NCBI RefSeq assembly: GCF_009914755.1
Contig: NC_060932.1
Strand: one strand, 5' to 3'
Length of the DNA: 64,000 nucleotides
DNA from: the human T2T-CHM13v2.0 reference genome, Homo sapiens
Each line of letters begins with the position of its first letter. Positions within the stretch are counted from its first letter, which is position 1. Both the position numbers and the translations under genes were made by a program. Below are positions 27,270 through 42,639 of this stretch, piece by piece. The notes below the pieces were generated by a model. That model saw only the letters and a list, made by a program, of their open reading frames with translations, was not told the origin of the DNA and did not search any database.

Positions 27270-27929
27270 CTGAAAAAGAGGGCATGTATTAAGCACACAG
27301 GAGCGTTTCGGGCATCAGGTAAGGAGAAGCAAGGTAGCAGGAGGGTCTCTTAGACCCTCAACTTTCTATTTCTGCCTAAATGATGTTTTGCAGATGACCA
27401 CAGCTATGTGCTTGGCTCTCTGCCTGAATAAAGCAATAAGAAATGCTGTCTTAATCCATATCTTCATTTGTTTTCCTTCTGAATAAGTAGTTTTTGGATA
27501 GGATCTATTTAACTTTGTATAGACTCCAAATTCCTGGCATTGGTTTGGTTTTCCTTGTATATGCAAAAAGGAGGAATGTTTATGATTTCTAAAAATATCA
27601 CTGAACCATATAATTACTACTTTTAATGTCATCATGCAAAAATATTATCCAACTTTGCATAGTTATTTTGTACAAAGTTAAGTGTGTAGAGTTCAAGGAA
27701 TTATCCAGGCGTTATGACTATTTTTAAAATCATTGAAGGCTAAGGAGAACAGATACACTTGTTCATTTTAATGTCAACAGTAAAACCAGCAGGCCGTATG
27801 ATCTTAATTCTATGCTGTACAGAAAAGTTTTCATGAGTACTTCCACCAGTGTACTCCTCCTAGAAATAACTGTTCTGTGCCCTATAACAGACATTTTATC
27901 TGACCCTCTCATTCTTACCCAGAACTTAA

Positions 27930-28330
27930 GTAATTGCTTTGAGGCAGATAAACCCCAAATTTATATCTCGAGCTTCAAAGTTTTCCCCAATTTCTGATGC
28001 CTCATTTGTAACTGTCCTGTAGACCTCCACACCTGAGTGTCTTGCCAGATCTTGTCCAAAACCCAACTGTTCATGCACCTGCTCCCCAAGCCAGCTGTTT
28101 GTTCTAATGGAACCTTTTTTACCCATAGCATCATCGTCTCCTAGTCACCCACAGTCAGAAATTTTGCAGTTGCCTTTAAGTTCTACCTTTTTTCTTTACC
28201 TCAATATCAAATCCATCACCAGGTCCTGACAATTCAACCACCACAGTGCTCCTGGCATTACTTTCTTCCTTCAGATTCCTGTTGCTACCACCCTACTTGA
28301 GGCAGTTTTCAACTTCCTGGACTGTCATAG
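27930..28330 (+). mobile_element. L2 fragment
   Basis: ccccaaatttatatctc...gtccaaaacccaact...tcaaatccatcaccaggtcctg. Confidence 0.6.
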
Positions 28331-28526
28331 GACAGTCCCCACTGACTTCCCCACTCCAGTATCTTCCTGCAGCCAGCTGCCTCTTTCCGGATCTCCTCAC
28401 ATTACCTTCAGCCCCAAAGCCTTCAGGGGTGCCATAATAGGGCATCCATCCCTAAAGGCTTTGGGGCTGGGGGTAATGTGCTCTACCTTGCTTCCCAGGG
28501 ATGGGTAAAATAAAATATGAAAATGT

Positions 28527-28835
28527 GGCTGGGCACAGTGTCTCATGCCTGTAATCTCAACATTTTTGGGAACCTGAGGCAGGAGGATTGCTTGAAGCCA
28601 CGAGTTTAAGACTAGCTTGGGCAACAGAGAGAGAACCCATCTCTACAAAAAATTTTAAAAGTTAGCTGAACTTGGTTGCACACACCTGTCGTCCCAGCTA
28701 CTTGGGAGGCCGGAGTGGGAGGATCACTTGAGCGCAGGAAGTCGAGGCTGCAGTGAGCTATGATTGCACCACTGCACTCCAGCCTGAGCCACAGAGCAAG
28801 ACCCTGTCTCTAAAAAGGATAAATAAATAAATAAA
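28527..28835 (+). mobile_element. AluJ
   Basis: ggaggattgcttg...ggatcacttgagcgcaggaagtcgaggctgcagtgagctatga. Confidence 0.9.
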
Positions 28836-30217
28836 GATAGGAAAACGTCCTTTGAAAATTAAAGAACCCTATTTAAGTATAATTTACAGACAACATTGTT
28901 TATATTTTTAATAAAAATCCAGATAAACCTTTGCAGAAACAGGCCTCAGGTGAATCACTTCCTTGAGAAACTGTGAGTAACCCAAGGGCACTGTGGAAGC
29001 CCTGGGCCTTGGGGATAGAGGATCAACCAGCAGCCGCTGGGGAAAATGTGTAGAAAAGGAGGAAGAGGGTGAGAGATGTAAAATCTGTAATCATGACTAG
29101 GATGCAGATGGTTACAAGTGAAATCTTGGTGTTCGTTTTCTGACGTTAATTGTATATTACTCAAAAAATTTTTTTTTCAATCAGTCTTTTTGGAAAGTAA
29201 TTTTGTAGCATGGGTTCTTGTTAGGATGTCACTCACTGAGCCGTCTCAGACTTTAGTTAGCATGTTGTCTGGGTAGTTTGGAGCCTGCTAAGTTTGCTAT
29301 TCCAGACCGTATTGTCTAAATGGACCTTCAAACTGGGAATTTAGAGGAATGCAATCATATTATTGATAAATTACACACAGCTTCACTAAACAATTATGGT
29401 CAGTATTTCGACCTACGCATGCTATTACAATGAGCATGTGTAGTCCCTCCCCTCAATAGGGGATTGGACTATTAATAATGTTAAATAATTAAATAAACCT
29501 GTGTGCCCACTCGTCTCCATTTCTAGCCCCTTCCCATCCAGCTGGAGAAGTGGAAGCATTAAAAAGGAGAAGATGACATAACTCAGAGATTAGGCACCAC
29601 CCTTAGGGCTAGAGGAAACTAAGAGGGCCTCAGGAGCCAGGAGATTGGAGGAGATGCTTCCAGAAAAAGAAGTAAATAAGACAGCAGTAGAAGGAAGAGA
29701 CCAAGAGCAAGAGAGAGAACTACAGCTTCTCTCCATCTTCTGTCTACTATTTCCCCACCAGCACCTCTTACTGGTGAAACTAAGTAGGAAACCAACTAAT
29801 ATTTCCTAAATGTCTGTTCGGTTTCTAAAGGTCTTTTTTCTGACTTCTGATCTCAGAGAACTCTGCTGGTTAAAAAGTTTTGTCATAGTCAGTGTTTGGG
29901 ATTCCAGTCTGGAACATACATGGGACAGGAAAATGAGGTGGGGGAGTAAAGGTTTCTGCCAACAAAAGGAGGAAATGGTCAGTAAATATGTCTCGTACCT
30001 AAGGAAACAGGAAACCAAACAAATGTGAAGACGTTGGTTAAAAACCCGTTGTTGGGAAACATCCTTGGGTTGTTTTCAATCCATAATCTTGTCTGGACTA
30101 CTAGGATCTATAACATTTTCAAACAGTGGGTGCAAGGTCAGGGCAAATTCTGCAGTCATACAGCTAAGCAAAGTTAATGTGATGATGAGAAACCAATATT
30201 TGTCTCATTAAATTTGC

Positions 30218-31696
30218 ACCTAGCCTCTCCTCTTTCTGACTGGCCCTAGCACTTCCATGCATTAGATACGTACTGGACGCCAACCCTTGTTCCGAGTGTT
30301 GGGAATAAAACAATGGAAAGACACTCCTAGTTCCGACCTCATGGTGATATATGCACCATCTTTTGAGCTAGTAAGGTACTTGGTACAATTCCACTGTCAA
30401 GATCAGATTTATTCTCTGGGCCAGATTGACCTTCTCTGATCATGGGAAAGGAGTTTATGGCATGAAATAGATTAGAACATTTTGCATTCTTTTCATCTGA
30501 TTTCTGTATCCCACTGTTTCTGCTTATATCATTTTTTCTGCCTATGATATCCTATTCCTCCAATACCAGAAAATATTTTTATAGATGTGATTCACCCTGA
30601 GAGATTCCATTCGATCATGTAAGACCTTTCTATTCCTTGTTTTGAATAAAGGCCAGAGAAGGTGAGAGGGCTCCCCAGGGACTTTTAATATAGTAACATT
30701 TCTTACATGTAATACATCACCTAAATCATTCAGTGACCAATATTTTATCCTTTAATACTCCTCGGCATTTTCCCTTCAGAAAGCAATTATTCTAGAACTA
30801 AAAAAAAAGGGTAAGATAAAGGAAAGAAAGGAATACATTAGAAAGAAATCAACATTGTTTTAACTTCAAAAACTCAGAAACACATGTATGGGATATATGA
30901 TCACATTAACACAGTAACTTGAATCATGGTGTGCTCTTCCTCCAGAAATTAAATCCTCACTCCTTGCCTCTTAACTACAGAATGAGGATTAACTCTTTTT
31001 TTCTGTCAAAGTCTCCTAAAATCTGACCTTAAAGTGACGTAGTGGAATAAGAAACAGACTGAGAGTGGGGAGACCATGATTTAAGGAAATGGCCCAGAGC
31101 TTGTCCAACTTTCCTGGATTTCAGTTTTCTCATGATCAGAGACTAGCCTCATTCAGCTTTAATCTCCTTCTCGTTAAGTTCAACAAATGACTGTGAACCA
31201 AACAATGTCACTGATTCAGCTGAGTCTACCTTCTACAGACAGAGATGACATCCCAGATCATTTAAACACAGATGTAATATTAGAGCTAGGAGCAACCTTA
31301 AGACACATGAATCAACTTCCTTATTTTAACAGTGAAGAAACAGACGCTTGATGTGGGGATATGACTTATTTGAGGTCCTGTGGCAGTTTGTGGTCAGCTC
31401 TAGTATACATTTCTCTGCCCAACCCTATTCTTACCCATCATTCCATGCCACCTCTCAGAAGTACCTATTTACTAGCTAGTGGTATGTCAATATCCCACTC
31501 ATATTTCAAGTGACACTTCTTTTAAGAAGTCTTCCTAGATTTCTCCACTTGAAATTAACCTAGCCTCTACTCCTTCTGACTGGCCCTAGCACTTCTATTC
31601 ATTAGATACATACTGGACACCAACCCTTGTTCCAAGTGTTGGGAATAAAACAATGAAAAGACACTCCTGGTTCCGACCTCATGGTGATATATGCAC
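30218..31696 (+). repeat. Dispersed direct duplication, 139 bp (30218-30356 and 31558-31696)
   Basis: Manual alignment 130/139 identical, no gaps. Confidence 0.95.
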
Positions 31697-32282
31697 AAAA
31701 TCCTGAGAGACCACCAATTAATCACCAACACCTTCAGTAGCCTTTAATTACGGCTCAAATCTGTTGTCTCTCTTCCATACCCATTACCACTACCGTGGTT
31801 CATGTCCACTTTATTCCACCTAGATGACTTTAACAACCTCCTTACCAGGGTTCCTCCGTTTAATTTTAACTCTCCTTTCCATCCTTTGTACCGCTCCAGA
31901 GGGATCTTGGTGAAATATCAAACTGAATATTCATTCTCTAAGTAGTGAACATCTATTTGGTTGTCCAGTTTTCTTCCTGGTAGCTTTCGCCCTCAGGATA
32001 TTTGGCTCTGTGGGGCTGACTCTAGCCCCAGGTATGTAAGCACCTGATCCAGGCCTGGAAAATCACACTCACTTATTTATCCACCTAACACTGTGATTGC
32101 TGAGTCATTTGAAAGTAATCATTGTGACACTTTGCCCTTAAATACTTCAGCGTGTATCAAGAACAGAAGAAAGACATTCTCCTATGGATCAAACTTAAGA
32201 AAATTTACAGTAATACAGTAATATTGTAGTCTATGTTTAATTTTCCCTAACTGTCCCACTAATGTCTATTACTGCTGAGGTG

Positions 32283-32572
<290 letters not shown>

Positions 32573-32907
32573 AGATTTTTTTCTTTTATTTTCTTCCCTT
32601 TGACATTTATATTTTTGAAGGATAAAGCCAAGTTTTCTTATAGAAGATCTCATATTCTAGATTTGTCTGTTTTCTTGTGATTAGATTCAAACTAAATGAT
32701 TTCCTGCAACTACTTAGGTTGATATAGTGTCTTTCTCAATGCTTCACATTAGAAGGCACTAATAGAAGGCACTGGTTTTCTTACTGGTGATGCTGTTTAA
32801 TTACTTGGTTAATTTAGCATCTACCAGCTCTCTCCATCACAAACGTGATATTTTCCCTTTGTTCATTAACTAATATTCTGTGGTATAGTACTTTGAAAAA
32901 TATGTGA

Positions 32908-33252
<345 letters not shown>

Positions 33253-33932
33253 ATTAACCCAATGGTTTTAACATTTATTAATGAAGTTGCCAGAGTCAAT
33301 TATTACATTAGTGGCTGAAAATGATAATTTTCAAATTCTATCATTTATTTCACATTCATCAACCATCATTCTTCTGTCAATAAATGCTTACCCTCACTCC
33401 CTACCCCACCCTTTTCTTTTAGTATTGCCATGAATTCACGGATTCTTCTTTTATTCGATATGTTAAAACCAATTATCATCATTATTGTTTGTGATGTCCA
33501 GATTCTCAAATTTGGGACAACCCAGTGATAGCTCTTTGAAACTGGCTCTGTGTCCTTTTGATACATTCCATTCATTCTTTAGTGCTTCTTACTTTGGGGA
33601 AGACACCAAGTGTACCATGATCACTTCGTAGTTTCTCTGCCTCAGATCTGGAATCAGACATTTGTCCAAGGAACTCTGTTTTGTTTCTTTTCTTTTCTGC
33701 CATTGTTGTTGTTTTTTACTGAGAGTGATATTTAGAAAAGAGAATCTGGGCAATAACCATGTTCATTGCTACTGGGATGTCATTGCTTTTAGACCCTTAA
33801 AATGGACAGAGCTAGGAAATATTACATGTTATATACATATTTGGCTTTTAGATATGAGGGAGTATATTAGGCACTGGAGTTACCGTCACACTTTAAATGA
33901 CTAGAAAACTGGAAAAAACATACAAATATATA

Positions 33933-34607
<675 letters not shown>

Positions 34608-35186
34608 CTATGAAACCACTGTTTTCAGGTATTGAACCACAAGCAACACAGGACTGAGATCCCTGAGGGAAGTGAAACAAATAAGGTGAGTCCCATGATT
34701 ACCTCGGCTCTCTGCCAGGGGCATGTTGTAGACCACGAAACAGTGAAGGGGAATCCCAAACAGAGCACCATGGACTTGCCAAGCAGAGAGAGATTTCAGA
34801 ATTCAGGGAGATGACTGGGAGTTACAGGGCAGATTTTCAGAGAAGAAAGAAACAGCCAGGAAAAGAGATCCAATGATCTTCATTGGAATCCTCTCTAATC
34901 TTTTGCTAATACCATGATGTATATACATAGGGTAAAAGCCCACAAGGCAAAGAGTAACCCCAGCTGTGTTGCTGGGAGTTCCATAGCTCTCAGAGATTAC
35001 ACAGGGCTGGGAATCATTTGAATTCCCACTGGCAATAATGGAGAGCCCTCATGATCTCTCTGATCATTCAGCAGAATAACCAGAGGACCATGCCTAAGTA
35101 ATAGGGCTAAACTATCCCTAGAGTAAAGGCTATTTTAGATATGATCTACCAAAGCATAAAAACAAGCCTCAAAAATGCTCAAACTG

Positions 35187-35511
<325 letters not shown>

Positions 35512-36053
35512 TTAACTACCTAGCAACAAAAACTAGCACTCTTTAAAGGAAGACAACAAAATTAGATGATCAACCATTCAACCATGTAAGTTTCACAATG
35601 CCCAACTGAAAATTACTAGACATGCCAAGGAGCAGGAGAATGACTCCAAGATGACAGAGATGATGGAATTATCAGAGAAAGTGATGGAAATGACCATTTT
35701 GTTTTCTTATAGCAAAGGGAAAATGCATGCGTAGTTTATTAGACAGAACCGAATTCCCCTCCATAAGGGCTATATCACTCTGCACTCTCAACAGCTTCTT
35801 ATGGGAGTACCTGTAGCCCCATAGCCTTGCCAACAAAGTGTGGGTTGAGCTTTTACATTTTCGCTAACCTGAAGAAATGAGAAATTATACATCATACCCT
35901 AGTTTTAAAACTAGTGATTTATGCCTTAATTTTAACTTGAATGCAACTCTGCTTCTGAACATACCATGAAGAAAAATCTAGAGTCTAATTTACTAATTTT
36001 GGAGATATTTACCCTCCCTCATATGCATATCCTAGTTCAAGACTGGCTCTGCC

Positions 36054-36415
<362 letters not shown>

Positions 36416-37566
36416 CTACAACTTTTTCAGGCTATAGTTGTGCTCCACAATGAGCACTGAGGTCTAACTATTTTTTTGGTTCACATTCCCTTCCTCAGCC
36501 ATAGTTCCCCAAAGAACAATCACTGCATTAGAATGGGTGCACCCACAGGTACTTTCAACAGCAGCCACATATGTACCCGAACCATTCCTTTTGCAGGGAC
36601 CCTCAGGCCATGAGTGTGTGTTTGAATCACCAACTCGAACTCCTCATTGTTTCCTTCAAGTTCTTTGGGGTTCTTTTCTACCAGCAGTTGTTGACAAGAC
36701 TCCCATCAAAGGCTCCCATCACTGACTTTAAATTGCAGGGGTGGGATCTGTGTTCTACACCCCTAATCTTTGAGAAGTCCCTCAAATGTGAGGTCAAATT
36801 TCCACTGGAACTCCCAGACCCAGGTGCCTCCCAAAAGACTCTGTGTGTGTGTCCGTCCGTGTATGTGTGTATAGCAGTGTTTGTCAAGTCACAGTTACAT
36901 ACCATTATATTTTTTCTCTAAGGCCTACTTGCCTGACACTTGCATATCTAAGGAGGGTCACACAAACAATTCTTCTGAGAACAGACCAGTGTTAGGGAAC
37001 ATTTCCTCATTATTAGATCTGAAGCAGCTTACAGCTTAACTCTTCTAAAAAATTTAATCTCTGCCTTATTCAATGTGTTTTTCCCACCAGATTACTCTTC
37101 TTGAATATGAGCCCCGTGCAAAAAAAGATTATTAGAATTCTGAGGAGCACCCAGCATCCCCAGAATACAGCACAGAATCTCTCCGGCAATCGGCTTTCAG
37201 TGAATGCTCATTAAATGAACTCACTCATTCATCAATAAACAAAATCCCCAAGCTCCTTGAAAGCCAGAACCATACTCGCTGTCATTTTAAGATATGGCCC
37301 CAATTAAATTATAAGCCCCTTGAGGACAACAAATATGCCTTGTATTTCCTCTGTCTAATCTAGGAGCATTTGATAAAGAGCTGAACACACAAAAGAGTTT
37401 CAGGATTTCAGATATTTCTGAGTTATTCCCACTACTTAACTATAAATTGACTGAGGGCGAGAACTAGGTCTTATTCATCTTATCCATGTCTTACCCGGCA
37501 CATTCATTCTCTCTCTCTCTCTCTTTCTGTATCTGTCTCTTAATTTTCCTCTCCCAAGTCTACTCC

Positions 37567-39534
37567 CAAGGTAAAAAGCAAAAGCTTTTTAAAAATCATG
37601 ACAACATCTTCCTTGAGTACTGAATTGCTCCCTGACAGAAAAGAAATGAGCTTATAAACAATCCATGGTATCCTTTTTCTTAAAGGAGGGAGGGATTTCT
37701 AAAAATTATGAATCTATTCATTGCTTTAGTTCATAGATATTTTGTGCCTATTTTGTGAATCAAAGATACACATACAAATTTTCTTTTCATCGAGGGAGTG
37801 AGACAGGAAGATAGAATGTGGGGTCAATATCAGGAAAACTCATACAGTATAGTTTGGATATTTGTCCTTTCCAAATCTCAGGCTGAAGTTTGATCCTCTA
37901 AAGAAAATGTGGTACATATACACCATGCAGCCATAAACACTACGCAGCCATAAAAAAGGATGAGATCATGCCTTCTGCAGGGACATGGATAAAGCTGGAA
38001 GCCATCATCCTCAGCAAACTAACACAGGAACAGAAAACCAAACACCGCATGTTCTCACTTATAAGTGGGAGTTGAACATTGAACATACACGGACACAGAG
38101 AGGGGAACAACACACAGCAGGGCTTGTTGTGGGGTGGGGAGTGAGGGGAGGGAATTTATAGGATGGGTCAATAGGTGCAGCAAACCATCATGGCACATGT
38201 ATACCTATGTCACAAGCCTGCACATTTTGCACATGTATCCCGTTCTTTTTTTTAAAAAAAGAAATAAAACAAAAACAAAAAAAATTTTTTTAAAAAGAAA
38301 TTTGATCTTCAATGTTAGAGGTGGGGCCTGGTGGGAGGGATTTGGATTGCAAGGACAGCTCCCTCATGAATGGATTAACACCCTCCTTTGGAGGTGAATG
38401 AGTTCTCACTCTAATAGTTCCTCCAAGAGTGAGGTGTTTAAAAGGGGCTAGCATTCCTCCCCTCTCTCTGCTGTCTCTATTGCCAAGTTACACTTCTGCT
38501 CCCCCTTTGCTTCCTGCTATGATTGGAAGCTTCCTGAGGCCTCACCAGAAGCAGATGCTGGTATCATGCTGCTTGGAGAGCCTGCAGAACAATGAGCCAA
38601 ATAAACCTCTTTTCTTTATAAATGACCAAGTCTCAGGTATTCTTTTATAGCAACCCAAAATGGACTAAGACACCATACACAAAAAGAAAAGCACAGAGGA
38701 AAAGGTGTACACAGAGACACACATAGTCATAGGGAGACACAATCCAAGGGAAGAAAATGAGAAGCAGAATTTAATTGGTTACAAGTGAAACCTTGAAAAA
38801 CCACAAGATGAACATACTAGACACTTAGACTTAGTTTCACTTTTGCAAATCTGTGTTCATTGGCATTTACCTTTTTGGGTAGAGAAAATTATGTTTAGTG
38901 CGTCAGAGCTGATGGGTTTTCCTCCAGAGGCCCACGCTCTTATCCCAGTTAAAGGATTCAGAAAGAGAGACATCACATTAATAAACCAAGACATCTGAGA
39001 TGTCATATTATATCTGCTACTGATTTTGTGACCTTGAGCACTGTATTTAACACTACCTGGCTAAGTTTCTTATCTCTACAAACGGAATAGTGGAAGGTGA
39101 TGCACCTACCTATAGGAATACTGTAAAGGTAAAGTGAGATAATGTACATGAATGTGCTTTGTGGGATACCAGTACCTTTCCTCGAGACCTGCTATGACAG
39201 ACACTGTGCCAAGAATTTTGTAAGTGCAAACTTATTCATCCTTCAAAACCATCCTGGGAGGTATCAGTACACCTACTGCAAAGGTGAGAAGATTGAGGGC
39301 TAGAGAACCTGAAAGCTTGATCTTAAACCAGCTAGTAAACTGTAGAACAAGGATTTGAACTGACCGCAAGTTCCCTCACCTACCCATTGTTCAGGAAGCC
39401 CCAGCAAGGTAAAAAGGAAAAGCTTTTTAAAAATCATGGAAACGTCTTCTTTTGAGTACTGAATTGCTCCCTGACAGAAAAGAAAAGAGCTTATAAACAA
39501 TCCATGGTATCCTTTTTCTTAAAGGAGCGAGGGA
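37567..39534 (+). repeat. Dispersed direct duplication, ~130 bp (37567-37695 and 39405-39534)
   Basis: Manual alignment ~8 differences including one 1-bp indel. Confidence 0.95.
37845..38672 (+). mobile_element. MSTB-like LTR interrupted by an L1PA 3' end (37899-38298)
   Basis: tatagtttggatatttgtcc...tttgatcctc [L1 3' end, A tail] tttgatcttcaatgttagaggtggggcctgg...atggactaagaca. Confidence 0.85.
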
Positions 39535-40834
39535 GAATTTAATAGCTGAGCACATGTGATCTGGGGTAAGACATATTTCACCAAAATTTTAGGCAAAGCA
39601 GAGGAGGCAGGAAAAAAAGCCACTGAGCCTACAGGTAATGCATGGGCCTCAGCAACTTCCTTGAGGTCTCACAAACCTCATAAATCTTTACCCAAAATGA
39701 GTTTCTTGCTGTTTCCTTAGTGTAGGCAATTTCTGGTATTTGTGATCCTGTTCATCCGTTTTTCTAACAAACCCAAAGCAATGGGGAAAGAGGTGATTTT
39801 CAAATTTTATATTTTTGCCTTCATATTCCAAAAATGGACCTGAAATTAAAAGCATTTTGGTCAAATAGGTATCCTTTCCACAAAGCAGCACTGTTAGAAA
39901 TTCCGAATGTTCCAGACAGTGGTCTATATTCATCCAAATCCAAACTTAAGTAGAGATGATACTATTAAAATGGAAATTGGTTAAGTCTGCATGCTTTGGT
40001 AACTTGTTTTGTGAAATTAAATAGATTTCCAGAAACAGTCAAGCGCTGGGATGTGGAGTTATTGTTTAAATCTGAGATAAAAAGACGCCCACTTTCAAAA
40101 GGAAAAGAACTATGAAAAACCTTGTATCTTGAAAGATGAATATGAATCAGAAGAATGAGACAATCTTACCCTTGAGCGGGAGGAAAGGGCTTTTCCTTTC
40201 AGGGCTGGAGATGAAACATTTAAAAATAAGAATTCAAAGCTCCAATCCTCTTGCAGGGCTTTGTGACTCAAAATTGAATTTATTAGTCTGACAAATTGGC
40301 TTTTACAGATGCCTTGATTTGAAAACCAAATATATTATTTTGCTGATAACCTCACAGAGGCCACATATCTTGCTGAAATGCCTAAGAGCAGCTTCCACTG
40401 TTTGTTTATACAGGTGGCAGAGGACACGGGGGTGGGGGGGTGCTGCCTCCCAGGTAATACAGTCCATCACCACTCATAGTTCTTATCAATCAGGGGAGGA
40501 CTGAATCATCCCTACTGCTGTGCACTGGGAACCTCCTTACTAAATTGGCACTTGCTCTATCTCCAAACAAAATGCCAGAAAAAAGGAACATGCTAGCAAG
40601 ACATCATAGAGATTGTGAGATGGAGTCTAAGCCAGAGCTGGAAGCTAGAACACAAAGTCTGTACATATTAGCCGTATAATTCTACAGCTATCACTCTCTC
40701 ATGCTTCAGCTTCTCATGAGGCCAAAGAGAAAAGTGAGTGAATGCTTAGGCTCTGAAGCCAGGCATATCTGGACTTGAACTTGGATCCTCTCTCTCCCAC
40801 ATGCTGGCTGTGTGTCTTCTGTGAGCCCCAGCTT

Positions 40835-41395
40835 CCCTATATATATATAAAGAGAATTGTGATAAGGAATTGGCTCACATGACTATAGAGGTTGGCAAGT
40901 CTGAAATTTGCAGGGTGGAGATTCAGAGAACAGAGTTTAAGTCCAAAAGCAGCTGCTATAGAGCCAGGAAGAGTCCATGTTTCAGATGAAGTCTGAAAGC
41001 AGTGTTTGAAAAATTCTCTCTTGCAGGAAAGAGGCCCGACTCCTTGCCCTATTCAGGCCTGATTAGATGAGCCCACCCACATTATGGAGGGCAATCTGCT
41101 GTACTAAAAGGATTAAAAGTCCACCAGTGTAAATGTTAATCTCATCTAAAATATCCTCCCAGAAACCTCCAGCCCAGCCTGCTTACCTTACCCCTGGTGT
41201 CAATTCCTGCACTATGTGTAATAAAAAAATCCCTTCCAATTCTTTTCAGTGTGGTGGGGGCAGCCAGGGAATTCTCTCTCTCATGCTGTCTCCCTTATGG
41301 GCTCCAGTAAAGCCTTATCTGGGAAAACTCTCTTGGCCTCATGTCAATTTTTAATTTTTACTGCATTGACATCCCAAGAACCTGTTGTTGGTAAC
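40835..41395. mobile_element. MLT2 (ERVL) LTR, minus, abutting a plus-strand ERV1-like LTR fragment (41165-41395)
   Basis: aaggaattggctcacatgactatagaggttggcaagtc...cccacattatggagggcaatctgc; fragment ends ttggtaaca. Confidence 0.65.
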
Positions 41396-42639
41396 AAACT
41401 CAAATATACACATTTGGTGAACAAAATCCAGGAGAGCACTCATAACAGGTGGAGGAGGTTCCCTTCAGAGAAATAAATACAGAGATCTAAGATGTAGGTA
41501 CCTGAAAATGAAAAACTGTGGTGAGGGACTCATGGGTGTGGTCAGAACATCCCCTTCATGTCACTGATGTTGTCGTCATTAAGGACTCCAGATTTCCCAT
41601 TTTTTAAAAGTTAGTGAAAAAAAATTTTTGAAATTTTCAAATCTTGAATTTGGAAAACCTATTTATTATTTAAAAGAAACCCTAAGTTCACATGGATGTA
41701 TGTGAATCTTGGAAACTTTAAAGGAATCTAAACGCTTCTTTGTACCAGGCAGATTAGGGGTTAACTAATAGAGATCTAAAAGACTGTCTTCTGCTATCTA
41801 AACCGGAGCATTTTGACTGTCACAGATGTAATCAGGCAGAAACAGTCACTATGCCAGGACATGAGAAATATTGGGAGGAAGAAACCGTAGGAAACATAGT
41901 CCATCACAGTCTTCACACAGCTGGTATCCAGGCATCCTCTAAACAGGTTTGTCTCCTAAGATCCTAAAATGACTGGTGTGACACAAAGAAATAAAGCTTA
42001 TTACCCAACAAAATGAAGATAAAAGCTGTCATCATCATAAACCTTCAATGTGTTTTGATCTATGGATTTAAAAAGGTAAAAAACTTCTAACATTCAATTA
42101 CAAATGTCAGTTTTTAATGCTTTTCCCATGAGATTAGAAATTTTATTGTCTCCAGGAGAACTCACATTCTTCTTGTTATACAAATATGGGGAGAATCTTA
42201 AAACAAAGACCAAGGATTTAAGAGAACTGTCATGAGACATTCTTCATAGGAGAGGCATGCCCTAGGGAGCTTAAACAAACACATGTTTCGATTCAACTAA
42301 TATTTTATAGGCAATATTTTAGATTTGTTTTCATCCAGTGTAAAAAAATCAATTCTACACTGAATTTTTCAGCTACAACTTTGCCAAAGGACCAGTTTTA
42401 AAGAGTAAAAAAACGTAATCAGGGGAAATGTTGCTTTTAACTTAATTTTAACTAAAAAAAAAAAAGCAGCATTGAGTTGAATAGAGAAAATGAAGATAAA
42501 GGGATCACAGAAAAATCTCGTGTTAAATTAACTGTACTTGTTTCATGGCTTACCACATCTTTGATTCATGCCAGGCCTCACACTCGGATATTGGTTTATT
42601 CTTTTTTGCACTTGGTCTATAATTCCATTCCCCTTTCCT

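Noticed and set aside
41826-41946. Exon-like 121-nt segment (cacag|...aaacag|gtttgt) open in one frame (CNQAETVTMPGHEKYWEEE...)
   Set aside because: Weak splice signals, no recognisable homology and no partner exons; expected by chance in 64 kb
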